Positions 19,647-29,652 of a stretch of 64,000 nucleotides of DNA are shown here, piece by piece. The stretch's first letter is position 1. Every line of letters begins with the position of its first letter. The position numbers and the translations under genes were made by a program. The notes beneath the pieces are model-generated. The model was not told the origin of the DNA. It worked only from the letters and a program-made list of their open reading frames with translations, and ran no database searches. The stretch comes from Tabrizicola sp. GTDB lineage: Bacteria > Pseudomonadota > Alphaproteobacteria > Rhodobacterales > Rhodobacteraceae. The stretch lies in NCBI RefSeq assembly GCF_041911175.1, contig NZ_JAYRPN010000071.1:5854-69853 (forward strand), given 5' to 3'.

Positions 19647-20849
19647 TCAGCGGTAGCCCACCGAGACCCACTTGCCGTCCTTGATCTCGTCTTCCGAGAA
19701 CGTGCCCGAGGCATCGCCGCCGTCCAGCAGCGTCACGCCGGTCGCGCCGTCATAGTCGATGGCGGTGCCCGCAGCGATCAGCTCCAGCGCCTTGCCAAGC
19801 TCACCAGCCTTGATCTTGGTGCCCGACCCGTCCGCCGGACCGTTGGCGATTTCCATCACCTTGTCCTTGTAGACCTTCGGGTCGGTGGAATTCGCCGCCT
19901 GCATCGCCAGCATGATCAGCGCCGCCGCGTCGTAGGAGTTGGCAGAGAAGTTGGTCGAGCCGTCGAAGGACGGATCGGCCGCCTTGGCCAGGTCCAGGAA
20001 GGCGGTATAGCCATCCGAGGCCGACGAGGCATGCTGTCCGAACGAGCCGTTCAGCGGCGCGCCGATGGCGGCGATCAGGCTTTCGCCATACATCCCGCCG
20101 GGCAGACCGAAGGTGGTGAAGGCGCCACTGTCGACTGCCGCCTGGATGATGCCCTTGCCGCCCTGGTCGATGTAGCCCGCCACGACCAGCACGTCACCGC
20201 CCGCCGCCGCGAGCGCACCGACTTCTGCCGAATAGTCGGCCTTGCCGTCGTCATGGCTGGCGTTGATCGTCACGGTGCCGCCCTTGGCGGTGAAGGCATT
20301 GGCGATGGCTTCCGCCAGGCCCTTGCCGTAGTCGCTGTTGGAATAGGTCAGCGCGATCGACTTGACGCCGCGCGCTTCCAGGATATCGGCCATCACCACG
20401 CCTTCGCGGGCGTCGGACGGCACGGTGCGGAAGAAGAGCCCGTCGTCGGGGTCGGTGGTCAGCGCGGGCGAGGTGGCCGAGGGCGAGACCATCACCATGC
20501 CGTTCGGCATCGCGAGGTTGGTCAGCACCGCGCGGGTCACGCCCGAGCAGTCGCCGCCGACGATGCCCTTCACGCCTTCGACGGTGATCAGGCGCTCGGC
20601 CGCAGCCGTCGCCGCCGCTGCGTCGATGCAGGTGGAATCGGCGCGGATCGACTGGAATACCCAGCCATTCGCCGCCTTGCCGGAATCGTTGACCTCCTTG
20701 ATCGCGAGGTCGACCGCCGCGAACATGTTCGGTGCGATGCTCTCGATCGGGCCGGTGATGCCCAGAAGCGTGCCGATCTTGACGTCTTCCGCGACCGCAG
20801 CGCCTGCGATCAGCGAGATGGCCGAAGCGGCCAGTAGCAGTTTCTTCAT
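19647..20849 (-). CDS. ABC transporter substrate-binding protein (Leu/Ile/Val-binding fold), paralog A
   Basis: Signal peptide MKKLLLAASA; DSTC, SPSATSPALT, FFRTVPSD, YDAAALIMLA. Confidence 0.93.
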   Translation of the reverse strand: MKKLLLAASAISLIAGAAVAEDVKIGTLLGITGPIESIAPNMFAAVDLAIKEVNDSGKAANGWVFQSIRADSTCIDAAAATAAAERLITVEGVKGIVGGDCSGVTRAVLTNLAMPNGMVMVSPSATSPALTTDPDDGLFFRTVPSDAREGVVMADILEARGVKSIALTYSNSDYGKGLAEAIANAFTAKGGTVTINASHDDGKADYSAEVGALAAAGGDVLVVAGYIDQGGKGIIQAAVDSGAFTTFGLPGGMYGESLIAAIGAPLNGSFGQHASSASDGYTAFLDLAKAADPSFDGSTNFSANSYDAAALIMLAMQAANSTDPKVYKDKVMEIANGPADGSGTKIKAGELGKALELIAAGTAIDYDGATGVTLLDGGDASGTFSEDEIKDGKWVSVGYR

Positions 20850-20970
20850 AACAGCCTTCCTTTTTGGAACAAGTCCGCTGGCCACCCTATTCTTGGGCGC
20901 AACAGAAGAAAAGGGTCCGCCCGATCAAGGCAGAGCACTGCAAACCCTGGGACTTGCACGGTCTTGGCGA

Positions 20971-20996
20971 CCTTGCCCCGTTGTGACGGGGCAAGG
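20971..20996. terminator. Perfect 11-bp hairpin between the two binding-protein genes
   Basis: ccttgccccgt-tgtg-acggggcaagg. Confidence 0.5.
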
Positions 20997-21022
20997 CCGG
21001 GATCAGGCGCCGTGACGCCGGA

Positions 21023-22219
21023 TCAGCGGAACTGGACGGTCTCGTACTTGCCGTCCTTGACCACGAACTCCTTGTAGCGGCCAGCCGATTCCCCCGGTCC
21101 GATCAGGGTCACGCCCGAAGCGCCGTCGTAGTCGATGGCGGTGCCGGCTGCGATCAGCTCCAGCGCCTTGCCCAGCTCGCCCGGAAGGATCTTGACGCCG
21201 GAACCGTCAGCCGGCCCGTTGGCGATCTCCATGATCTTTTCCTTGTAGACGTTCGAGTCGGTCGAGCCCGAAGCCTCCATCGCCAGCATGATCAGCGCGG
21301 CGGCGTCATAGCTTTCCATCGTGTAGGGCGAGGTGGCGTCATAGGCCGGATCGTTCTTCTTGCCCATTTCCGCCAGGATCGCCGCGCCGGGGCTGTCGGA
21401 CTGCGCCACCTGGCCGTAGGAGCCGTCGAGCGCCGGGCCGATCGCTGCGGGCAGCGAATCGCCGACCATGCCGCCCGGCAGGCCGAAGGTGGTGAAGGCG
21501 CCCGAGTCGAGCGAGGCCTGGATGATGCCCTTGCCGCCCTGGTCCAGATAGCCTGCGACGACAAGGATATCGCCCCCCGCCGCGGCCAGCGCCGCGACTT
21601 CCGCCGAATAGTCGGCCTTGCCGTCGTCATGGGCAGCGTTGATCGTCACGGTGCCGCCCTGGGCGGTGAAACCGGCGGCGATCGCTTCGGCCAGTCCCTT
21701 GCCGTAGTCCGAGTTGGAATAGGTCAGCGCGATGGACTTCACGCCTTTTTCCTTCAGGATCTCGCCCATGACTTCACCTTCGCGCGCGTCCGAGGGCGCG
21801 GTGCGGAAGAAGAGGCCATTGTCCGGGTCGGCAGTCAGAGCGGGCGAGGTCGCCGAGGGCGAGACCATCACGATGCCGTTCGGCATGGCGACGTTGGTCA
21901 GCATCGCGCGGGTGACGCCCGAGCAGTCGCCGCCGATGATGCCCTTGACGCCTTCCGCGGTGATCGCGCGTTCAGCGGCAGCGGTCGCGGCAGCGGCGTC
22001 GGTGCAGGTGTCATCGCCACGCACCGAGGAGTAGGTGTTCTTCGCCTTGCCCGAAGCGTTCACTTCGGCCATCGCGGCTTCGGCCGCGTTCGCCATGTGC
22101 CCGGTCAAGGATTCGATGGGGCCGGTGAAGCCGATGAGGATGCCGATCTTGACGTCCTCGGCGGACACGGCACCAGCCATCAGCGCGCAGGCCGAAGCGG
22201 CCAGCAGAAGTTTCTTCAT
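21023..22219 (-). CDS. ABC transporter substrate-binding protein, paralog B
   Basis: Same family and closely similar to 19647-20849. Confidence 0.93.
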   Translation of the reverse strand: MKKLLLAASACALMAGAVSAEDVKIGILIGFTGPIESLTGHMANAAEAAMAEVNASGKAKNTYSSVRGDDTCTDAAAATAAAERAITAEGVKGIIGGDCSGVTRAMLTNVAMPNGIVMVSPSATSPALTADPDNGLFFRTAPSDAREGEVMGEILKEKGVKSIALTYSNSDYGKGLAEAIAAGFTAQGGTVTINAAHDDGKADYSAEVAALAAAGGDILVVAGYLDQGGKGIIQASLDSGAFTTFGLPGGMVGDSLPAAIGPALDGSYGQVAQSDSPGAAILAEMGKKNDPAYDATSPYTMESYDAAALIMLAMEASGSTDSNVYKEKIMEIANGPADGSGVKILPGELGKALELIAAGTAIDYDGASGVTLIGPGESAGRYKEFVVKDGKYETVQFR

Positions 22220-22515
22220 TTATTGTATCTCCCTGTTTGGATCGAAATCCTGTGCCGACCGTAGTGGGATGCGTTCCAAAAGGGAAGCCATATTTTGTCG
22301 ACATCCTGTCGACGCAAAAATGACCCGCCAGTCGACATGGCATGCGGCAGCGCCACATTTCAGGGTTGTGCGCTCCGTCCGCCGGGGCAGAAACCATACC
22401 GTCCAGGGAAGGGAACGAAATCAGCGCTCTGCCACCGGGGCAGGGGATGCGACACGCAAAAGTGGGCGCCTGTCCCTGCCATTGCGGGGGGCATCCGGAT
22501 GAGCCCCGGCAAGGG

Positions 22516-23535
22516 TCAGATCGACAACCGCACCGGCACGACGCTGGGCATGCCTTGCGTCCCGCGTTCACGGTAGGGCGTGGTGCTGTAGTGGCTGCGG
22601 TAGCATTTCGAGAAATGCGAGGGCGAGGCAAAGCCGCAGGCCAGCGCCACGTTGATCACGCTCATGTCGGTCTGCATCAGAAGGTTGCGCGCCTTCTGCA
22701 GCCGCAGTTCCATGTAGTAGCGCTTGGGTGAGCGGTTCAGGTAGCGGCGGAACAGCCGCTCCAGCTGGCGGGTGGACATGCCCACCTCCTCGGCCAGGTC
22801 GGCGGGCGACATCGGGTCCTCGATGTTGCCCTCCATCATCTGGATGACCTGGCTGAGTTTCGGATGCCGCACCCCGATCCGGGTCGGGATCGACAGGCGC
22901 TGGGTGTCCTGGTCGGTGCGGATGGTGGAATAGATCAGCTGGTCGGCCACCGTGTTCGCCAGGTCCTCGCCATGATCCGCAGCGATGATCTTCAGCATCA
23001 GGTCCAGCGAGGAAATCCCCCCCGCCGTGGTCCAGCGGTTGCCGTCCATGACGTAGACCGACTTCGTCAGCTTCACATCCTCGAATTCTTCCGAGAATCC
23101 GTCCTGGTTTTCCCAGTGGATCGTCGCCTTCTTCCCGTCCAAGAGCCCCGCCTTCGCCAGCGCATGCCCGCCGGTGCAGATGCCCGCGATGGTCACCCCG
23201 CGCCGGGCTTCGCGCCGCAGCCAGCTGACGATGCCCTTGGTCGTGGTGCGCTGCACGTCGATGCCGCCGCAGACCAGAACCGTGTCCTCGCGGTCCATCT
23301 CCTCCAGCCCCATGTCCAGCCGGAAGGTCGCGCCGTTCGAACAGGACTTCTCGCTGCCCTCGCCGCAGAGAACCCAGGAATAGAGCGGCTCGCCCGACAC
23401 GCGGTTGGCAATCCGCAGGGGTTCGATCGCACCGGCGAAGGAGATCATCGTGAACTTGTCGAGAAGCACGAAGACGAAGCGCCGGGTCGTCGTGGTCTTC
23501 TGCGTCTGGGTAGCCTTGCGGGGGGCAAGCGTCAT
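22516..23535 (-). CDS. GlxA-family (DJ-1-like plus AraC) transcriptional regulator
   Basis: [29 protein letters not shown]-terminal double HTH ([25 protein letters not shown]; [10 protein letters not shown]). Confidence 0.93.
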   Translation of the reverse strand: MTLAPRKATQTQKTTTTRRFVFVLLDKFTMISFAGAIEPLRIANRVSGEPLYSWVLCGEGSEKSCSNGATFRLDMGLEEMDREDTVLVCGGIDVQRTTTKGIVSWLRREARRGVTIAGICTGGHALAKAGLLDGKKATIHWENQDGFSEEFEDVKLTKSVYVMDGNRWTTAGGISSLDLMLKIIAADHGEDLANTVADQLIYSTIRTDQDTQRLSIPTRIGVRHPKLSQVIQMMEGNIEDPMSPADLAEEVGMSTRQLERLFRRYLNRSPKRYYMELRLQKARNLLMQTDMSVINVALACGFASPSHFSKCYRSHYSTTPYRERGTQGMPSVVPVRLSI

Positions 23536-23690
23536 GTCTGCGACCTGAGAATGTCGTTTGCGGGCTATGGAACCTCAAATTCCGCCCCTCCGCAAGGGCC
23601 GAAACCACCTGTTTTCGCCCAATCGCCCTTTGCAAAGGCGGAAACCGGGGCGTATACCGCAGGCCGATTGCACGGGACCGGAGTGGTACG

Positions 23691-25061
23691 ATGACCAAGG
23701 GATGGACGAAAACGGCATGGCGCGCGAAACCGCGGATCCAGATGCCGGATTATCCCGACCAGAAGGCGCTGAACGTGGTCGAGGCGCAGTTGGCGAAATA
23801 TCCCCCGCTGGTCTTCGCGGGCGAGGCGCGGCGGCTGAAGAAGCAGCTGGCACTGGCTGCCGAAGGCAAGGCCTTCCTCTTGCAGGGCGGCGACTGTGCC
23901 GAGAGCTTTGCCGAGTTCAGCGCCGACAACATCCGCGATACCTTCCGCGTCATGCTGCAGATGGCGGTGGTGCTGACCTATGCCGCCAAGGTGCCGGTCA
24001 TCAAGGTCGGCCGCATGGCCGGCCAGTTCGCCAAGCCGCGCAGCGCGCCGACCGAGATGGTGGGCGGCGTGGAAATGCCGTCCTACAAGGGCGACATCAT
24101 CAACGGTTTCGAGCCGACGCCCGAGGCCCGCATCCCCGATCCGAACCGGATGCTGCAGGCCTATACCCAGGCCGCCGCCTCGCTGAACCTTCTGCGCGCC
24201 TTCTCCACCGGCGGTTTCGCCGACATCCATCGGGTGCATAGCTGGACGCTGGGCTTCGCCGAGCATGACAAGGCCGAGCGTTACCGCGAGATGGCGAACC
24301 GCATTTCCGACGCGCTCGACTTCATGAACGCGGCCGGAGTCAACAGCGACACCGCGAACGAACTTTCGCGCGTCGACTTCTACACCAGCCACGAAGCGCT
24401 GCTGCTGGAATACGAGGAGGCGCTCTGCCGGGTCGACTCGATCACCGGGCAGAACGTTGCAGGCTCCGGCCACATGATCTGGATCGGCGACCGCACCCGC
24501 CAGCCGGACGGCGCGCATGTCGAATTCGCGCGCGGGGTGTTGAACCCGATCGGGCTGAAATGCGGGCCTTCCACCACCGCCGACGACCTCAAGGTCCTGA
24601 TGGCCAAGCTGAACCCGGAAAACGAGCCGGGCCGCCTGACCCTGATCGCCCGCTTCGGCGCGGGCAAGGTGGGTGAACACCTGCCGCGCCTGATCAAGAC
24701 GGTGCAGTCCGAAGGCGCCAACGTGGTCTGGTCCTGCGACCCGATGCATGGCAACACGATCAAGGCCGCCTCGGGCTACAAGACCCGGCCCTTCGATTCC
24801 GTCCTGCGCGAAGTCCGCGAGTTCTTCGCGATCCACAAGGCCGAGGGCACCGTCCCCGGCGGCGTGCATTTCGAGATGACGGGTCAGGATGTGACCGAAT
24901 GCACCGGCGGGTTGCGCGCCGTCAGTGACGAGAACCTCGCCGACCGCTACCACACCGCCTGCGACCCGCGGCTCAATGCCTCGCAGTCGCTGGAGCTGGC
25001 CTTCCTGGTGGCGGAAGAGCTGTCCTCGCAACGCGAAGCCGCCCGGCGCGTCGCGCTGTAA
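23691..25061 (+). CDS. 3-deoxy-7-phosphoheptulonate (DAHP) synthase, class II
   Basis: [46 protein letters not shown]. Confidence 0.95.
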   Translation: MTKGWTKTAWRAKPRIQMPDYPDQKALNVVEAQLAKYPPLVFAGEARRLKKQLALAAEGKAFLLQGGDCAESFAEFSADNIRDTFRVMLQMAVVLTYAAKVPVIKVGRMAGQFAKPRSAPTEMVGGVEMPSYKGDIINGFEPTPEARIPDPNRMLQAYTQAAASLNLLRAFSTGGFADIHRVHSWTLGFAEHDKAERYREMANRISDALDFMNAAGVNSDTANELSRVDFYTSHEALLLEYEEALCRVDSITGQNVAGSGHMIWIGDRTRQPDGAHVEFARGVLNPIGLKCGPSTTADDLKVLMAKLNPENEPGRLTLIARFGAGKVGEHLPRLIKTVQSEGANVVWSCDPMHGNTIKAASGYKTRPFDSVLREVREFFAIHKAEGTVPGGVHFEMTGQDVTECTGGLRAVSDENLADRYHTACDPRLNASQSLELAFLVAEELSSQREAARRVAL

Positions 25062-25110
25062 GCTTCCGGTTGGTCGAACGGATCAGGCGGTGGGGAAACC
25101 CGCCGCCTTG

Positions 25111-25743
25111 TCATTCGGTGCTGTGAACCAGCGCCAGATGACCATAGCGGCGGATCGGCTTCGGCGGCGGCGCCTCAACCGTCAAGGCAGCGGGAGGCGG
25201 CATTGTCTCCTCGCGCCGCGCCCGGATCTGGAACTTGCAGCGCACGGCCCCGGCGATGAAACTGATGGCCCCAAGCAGCAGCTTCCGATCCGACACGTCG
25301 GCCAGCGGCAAGAGAAGCAGGCGTGCGATCACCGTCTCGCCCCCCAGCCGGTCGGACCCAAGGTCAAGCTCTACTGCGGCGGGGCCCGAGAAGACGCTTT
25401 CGACGCATTGGGCGAGGAGCGGCCGCGAGTCCGCGGCGAAGAGGCAGGACAGCGGCAATCCGCGCACATCCATTCCGGCGAAATCGCCCAGCCCGGACCC
25501 CGCGACGCGCAGTTGCACCAGCCCCCGGCCGATGCGTTCGGCCAGGAAGACGCGGTCCAGCACCCCGCCCAGCCCGCGCGGATCAAGCGCCGAGCGCTGC
25601 GGCAGGCCGTCCTCGCTGCGCAACCCCTCCCAATAGGCGCGGACCTGGGCAAGTCCGTCGAAGACCGGCAGGGGCGGCTGGTCGCGGCGTGTGCGGAACC
25701 GGTCAAGAAAGCTCAGCGTCATCTTTGTCACCACCTCCCGCAT
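25111..25743 (-). CDS. PAS-domain protein (PAS_5/DUF1457-like); start uncertain
   Basis: VRAYWEGLR...LPQRSALDPRGL..VL..VFLAE...RVAG pattern. Confidence 0.75.
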   Translation of the reverse strand: MREVVTKMTLSFLDRFRTRRDQPPLPVFDGLAQVRAYWEGLRSEDGLPQRSALDPRGLGGVLDRVFLAERIGRGLVQLRVAGSGLGDFAGMDVRGLPLSCLFAADSRPLLAQCVESVFSGPAAVELDLGSDRLGGETVIARLLLLPLADVSDRKLLLGAISFIAGAVRCKFQIRARREETMPPPAALTVEAPPPKPIRRYGHLALVHSTE

Positions 25744-25865
25744 CCCGGCCCTTGCGGGGGGCCCGCCCGTCGCGCCATGAAGGGAAAATACCCCGGACCG
25801 GCAGGATTCGGGCGAAAATCTAATCAAATGGTAAATACCGCACTCGGCGGTTGAATGAGGGCCCC

Positions 25866-26759
25866 ATGATCTCGATGACAGGTTTCGCGGCCCGGCGTGG
25901 CGCGGGCGCGGGCTACACCTGGGTCTGGGACCTGCGGTCGGTCAACGGCAAGGGGCTGGACCTGCGGCTCCGGGTGCCGGACTGGGTCGACGGGCTGGAA
26001 CCGACGATCCGGGCCGAGCTGCAAAAGGCGGCGACGCGCGGAAACCTCAGCCTGACGCTGAAGGTCACCCAGGATGAGACACGCGACGCAAGCAGCTACC
26101 GGCTGAACGAAGCGGCGCTGGCAGCCGCCTTGTCGGCCCTGTCCCGGGTCGAAGGCGCCGCGATGGATGCGGGCGTAACCCTGCGCCAGCCAACTGCGGC
26201 GGATGTGCTCACTCTGCGCGGCGTGATCGACGCGGCGACGCAGGAAACCGATACCGCGCCCCTGCGCGCGGCCCTGCTCGCCGACCTGCCGGGCCTGCTG
26301 GCCGACTTCGCCGCGATGCGGGCCGCCGAGGGCCGCGCTCTGGCGACGGTGCTGGGGGGGCAGCTTGACCGCATCGCCACACTGACCGCCGAGGCAGGCC
26401 GCGAAACCGCCGCCCGCGCCGCGACCCAGGCCGACAGCCTGCGCGACGGGCTGGCGCGCATCCTGGCGGCAACCGATGCCGTCGACCCGTCACGCCTTGC
26501 CCAGGAGCTTGCGCTGCTGGCGGTCAAGACCGACGTGACCGAAGAGCTTGACCGCCTCTCCGCCCATGTCACCGCCGCCCGTGTCCTTGTCGCCGACCCG
26601 GCCCCGGCGGGCCGCAAGCTGGATTTCCTGATGCAGGAATTCATGCGTGAGGCGAATACCCTGTGCTCCAAGGCGCAGTCGCTGGCGCTGACCCGGATCG
26701 GCCTTGACCTGAAAACCGTGATAGACCAGATGCGCGAGCAGGTTCAGAATGTGGAATGA
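25866..26759 (+). CDS. yicC: YicC/YloC-family endoribonuclease
   Basis: MISMTGFA, RSVNGKGLDL, GRKLDFLMQEFMREANTLCSKA, QMREQVQNVE. Confidence 0.93.
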   Translation: MISMTGFAARRGAGAGYTWVWDLRSVNGKGLDLRLRVPDWVDGLEPTIRAELQKAATRGNLSLTLKVTQDETRDASSYRLNEAALAAALSALSRVEGAAMDAGVTLRQPTAADVLTLRGVIDAATQETDTAPLRAALLADLPGLLADFAAMRAAEGRALATVLGGQLDRIATLTAEAGRETAARAATQADSLRDGLARILAATDAVDPSRLAQELALLAVKTDVTEELDRLSAHVTAARVLVADPAPAGRKLDFLMQEFMREANTLCSKAQSLALTRIGLDLKTVIDQMREQVQNVE

Positions 26760-26762
26760 CGC

Positions 26763-27395
26763 ATGACCCGGCGCGGGCTTCTTCTCATCCTTTCTTCGCC
26801 TTCGGGCGCCGGAAAATCGACCTTGTCCCGGATGCTGATGGCCTGGGACCCGACGATGCGCTTCTCGGTTTCTGCCACCACGCGGAGACCCCGACCGGGA
26901 GAAGAGGACGGGCGCGAATACTATTTCCGCTCGCGGGGTGAGTTCGAGGCCCTGGTCGCGCAAGGCGAGATGCTGGAACATGCCGAGGTTTTCGGCAATT
27001 TCTACGGCTCGCCCCGCGCCCCGGTCGAAGCGGCCATGCTGGCGGGCAGCGACACCGTCTTCGACATCGACTGGCAGGGTGGCCAGCAGGTGAAACATGC
27101 GATGCGCGGCGACGTGGTCTCGATCTTCATCCTGCCGCCCTCCATCGCCGAGCTGGATCGCCGCCTTCGCTCGCGCGCGCAGGACAGTGATGAGGTGATA
27201 GCCGGTCGCATGGCGAAAAGCCGCGACGAGATCAGCCACTGGGCGGAATATGACTATGTGCTGGTGAATGACGATCTTGAGGTAACCTTCGACCGGCTCA
27301 AGACCATCCTTACCGCCGAACGGCTGAAACGCGACCGCCAGCCGCAGCTTTCCGCCTTCGTCCGTGAGCTATACGAGGAGTTCGAAGCCCGATGA
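26763..27395 (+). CDS. gmk: Guanylate kinase
   Basis: [35 protein letters not shown]. Confidence 0.96.
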   Translation: MTRRGLLLILSSPSGAGKSTLSRMLMAWDPTMRFSVSATTRRPRPGEEDGREYYFRSRGEFEALVAQGEMLEHAEVFGNFYGSPRAPVEAAMLAGSDTVFDIDWQGGQQVKHAMRGDVVSIFILPPSIAELDRRLRSRAQDSDEVIAGRMAKSRDEISHWAEYDYVLVNDDLEVTFDRLKTILTAERLKRDRQPQLSAFVRELYEEFEAR

Positions 27396-27910
27396 TTTAC
27401 GCCCTCGACGGTATCGCCCCCAGCATCGCCCCCTCCGCCTGGGTTGCCGATGAAGCCACGCTGATCGGCAAGGTGATCGTGGAAGCCGATGCCTCCATCT
27501 GGTTCGGCGCGGTGATCCGCGGCGACAATGAGGAGATCCGGGTCGGCGCCGGAACCAACGTGCAGGAGAACGCAGTCCTGCACACCGACATGGGCTATCC
27601 CCTGACCATCGGCGCCAACTGCACCATCGGCCACAAGGCCATGCTGCACGGCTGCACCATCGGCGAGGGCACGCTGATCGGCATGGGGGCGACCGTCCTG
27701 AACGGCGCGAAGATCGGCAAGGGCTGCCTGATCGGCGCTTGCGCACTGATCACCGAGGGGAAGGAGATCCCGGACGGCGCGCTGGTGATGGGGTCACCCG
27801 GCAAGGTTGTGCGACAGCTGGACGAGACCGCGCGGGCGAAGCTCTTCGCCTCTGCCGCCGGCTACCAGGCCAATGCCCGGCGCTTCAAGGCCGGCCTAAG
27901 CCCCGCCTGA
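27392..27910 (+). CDS. Gamma carbonic anhydrase-family protein
   Basis: Hexapeptide repeats, IRGDNE, NVQE..VLHTD, IGH.AMLHGC. Confidence 0.92.
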   Translation: MIYALDGIAPSIAPSAWVADEATLIGKVIVEADASIWFGAVIRGDNEEIRVGAGTNVQENAVLHTDMGYPLTIGANCTIGHKAMLHGCTIGEGTLIGMGATVLNGAKIGKGCLIGACALITEGKEIPDGALVMGSPGKVVRQLDETARAKLFASAAGYQANARRFKAGLSPA

Positions 27911-28246
27911 CTCGGGCGGGCCTTCCTCGATCAGCTCGATGGTGATGCCCTGACGCGCCGCATGGCTGCGAAGCTCCCGCAGGACGATCTGCCGGTTCGG
28001 CAGCTTGGGCGCCACCACGCGCAACAGCTTGCGATAGTCCTGCGCCCCCAGGCGTTCGATAATTTCCAGCGCATCGAAGGTCTTGCAGAACAAGGGTGTC
28101 ACGACCAGTTCCAGCCCGGCGGGCAGCGGAAGAAAGCCGTCGAAATCGCCAAGCTCGATCGAGGCGAACTCCTCCGGACGCAGACTGCCCTCGGCCGCCT
28201 TCGCCTCCGGAATACCGATGACCAGACACCTGAGCTTTTGCGACAT
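27896..28246 (-). CDS. Hypothetical protein
   Basis: ORF with a SD-like GAGG before MSQKLRC; [19 protein letters not shown]...LRVV pattern. Confidence 0.65.
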   Translation of the reverse strand: MSQKLRCLVIGIPEAKAAEGSLRPEEFASIELGDFDGFLPLPAGLELVVTPLFCKTFDALEIIERLGAQDYRKLLRVVAPKLPNRQIVLRELRSHAARQGITIELIEEGPPESGGA

Positions 28247-28428
28247 CTCTCCACCTCTCATCAAGTGAGGCGCCGCCAAATCGTCTGTCTTCAGGACTCG
28301 CGTCGGGGCCGACCATTGCTCCGGTCAAAGGCCGGCACCGCACCGCGTTACATGTACAACCGGGAATTTACTGGTATTCCCGCGCAAGACAAGGCCTGCT
28401 TCCACAATCATGGGGAGAAGTCGCGCGA

Positions 28429-29445
28429 ATGACCGAGCCTGAGCTTCAGCGCCTGTTGTCCGGCCTGCCGCTGCCCGCGATGCTGGTCCGGCATGACGAT
28501 CAGGTCCTGGCCGTGAACGCCCCCGGCCACGCGCTTCTGGGCGACGGCATCACTGGCCGCCACCCCGCGATGGCCGTCCGCGCGCCTGCGGTGCTGGAGG
28601 CGATGGCGGCAGTGGCCCGCGATGGTGGCGTGCAGGAGAGCCGGATGGTGCTCCGCCGCGACGGGCAGGAGGCGGTGCTGCAGGTCACCCTCTCCGACCA
28701 GGGCGAGGGGTTGGTGCTGGCCGTCTTCCGCGACGCGACCGAGGAGGAGCGGGCGGGCGAGATGCGGCGGGATTTCGTGGCCAACGTCTCCCATGAACTG
28801 CGCACGCCCCTGACCGCGCTGATGGGCTTCATCGAGACGCTGAAGAATGCCGCGAAGGACGACCCCGCCGCGCGGCAGCGGTTCCTCGGGATCATGGAGG
28901 CCGAGGCGGGGCGGATGAACCGGCTGGTGCGCGACCTTCTCCAGCTTTCCCGGGTGGAGGCGGAGGAGCGGGTGCGCCCGAAGGAGGCGGTGGACCTGCG
29001 GGGGCTGCTGGAGGGTGTGATCTCCGCGCTGAAGGGGGTGGCGGAGCGTAAGGGGGACCGGGTGGAGCTGGTGGGGGAGGCGGTGACGGTGCCGGGGGAT
29101 CATGACCAGCTGGTGCAGGTTTTCACCAACCTGATCGAGAACGCGCTGAAATACGGGGGCGCGGGGCAGGTGGTGCGGGTCTCGCTTGCCCCGGAGGAGA
29201 CGGTGCGCGGCCCGGCGGTGCGGGTCGAGGTCGTGGACGAGGGGGAGGGGATCGATCCGGTCCACCTGCCGCGGCTGACCGAGCGGTTCTACCGGGTCGA
29301 TTCCCATCGATCCCGCGAGATGGGGGGGACGGGGCTGGGGCTGGCCATCGTGAAGCACATCGTGAGCCGCCACCGGGGCTGGCTGCGGGTGGAGAGCGTG
29401 GTGGACGAGGGGAGCCGGTTCTCGGTGGTGCTGCCGGTGGGGTGA
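28429..29445 (+). CDS. phoR: PhoR-like cytoplasmic sensor histidine kinase (PAS-HisKA-HATPase)
   Basis: RRDFVANVSHELRTPLT H-box, NLIENALKY, RLTERFYRVD..RSR..GGTGLGLAIVKH; no TM segments. Confidence 0.85.
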   Translation: MTEPELQRLLSGLPLPAMLVRHDDQVLAVNAPGHALLGDGITGRHPAMAVRAPAVLEAMAAVARDGGVQESRMVLRRDGQEAVLQVTLSDQGEGLVLAVFRDATEEERAGEMRRDFVANVSHELRTPLTALMGFIETLKNAAKDDPAARQRFLGIMEAEAGRMNRLVRDLLQLSRVEAEERVRPKEAVDLRGLLEGVISALKGVAERKGDRVELVGEAVTVPGDHDQLVQVFTNLIENALKYGGAGQVVRVSLAPEETVRGPAVRVEVVDEGEGIDPVHLPRLTERFYRVDSHRSREMGGTGLGLAIVKHIVSRHRGWLRVESVVDEGSRFSVVLPVG

Positions 29446-29470
29446 GGTGGGGGCCGCAAAGGACTCCGGC

Positions 29471-29550
29471 TGTCCACGGTGGACATTTTCGGATTATGGT
29501 TTGCAAGCAATGGGTTGCGCGTGGGCGATAGGGGTTTATTAAGGGGGTGG
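29471..29550 (+). repeat. ~80-bp dispersed element, copy 3 (palindrome TGTCCACGGTGGACA at 29471-29485)
   Basis: Block order and spacing match the other copies; lies between phoR and the low-GC TIR gene. Confidence 0.75.
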
Positions 29551-29652
29551 TTAATGAAGTCAATATTGCGGAGATTCGGCTTTCAGCACCATCTCTGAAG
29601 TAAACTCAAGAAAGTTCTGCGCGTTTTGAACGTCGAAGCCAAGATTGGTCCT

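Noticed and set aside
28429-29445. phoR without adjacent phoB/pst genes as evidence of a rearrangement
   Set aside because: Separation of phoR from the pst-phoU-phoB operon is, to my recollection, common in this family; cannot be called unusual without a synteny search
29539-29554. TTAA-N8-TTAA as a CtrA box (also CTAA-N7-GTAA near 25820 and half sites near 7507 and 61800)
   Set aside because: Spacing or sequence deviates from TTAA-N7-TTAA; not distinguishable from chance without comparative data
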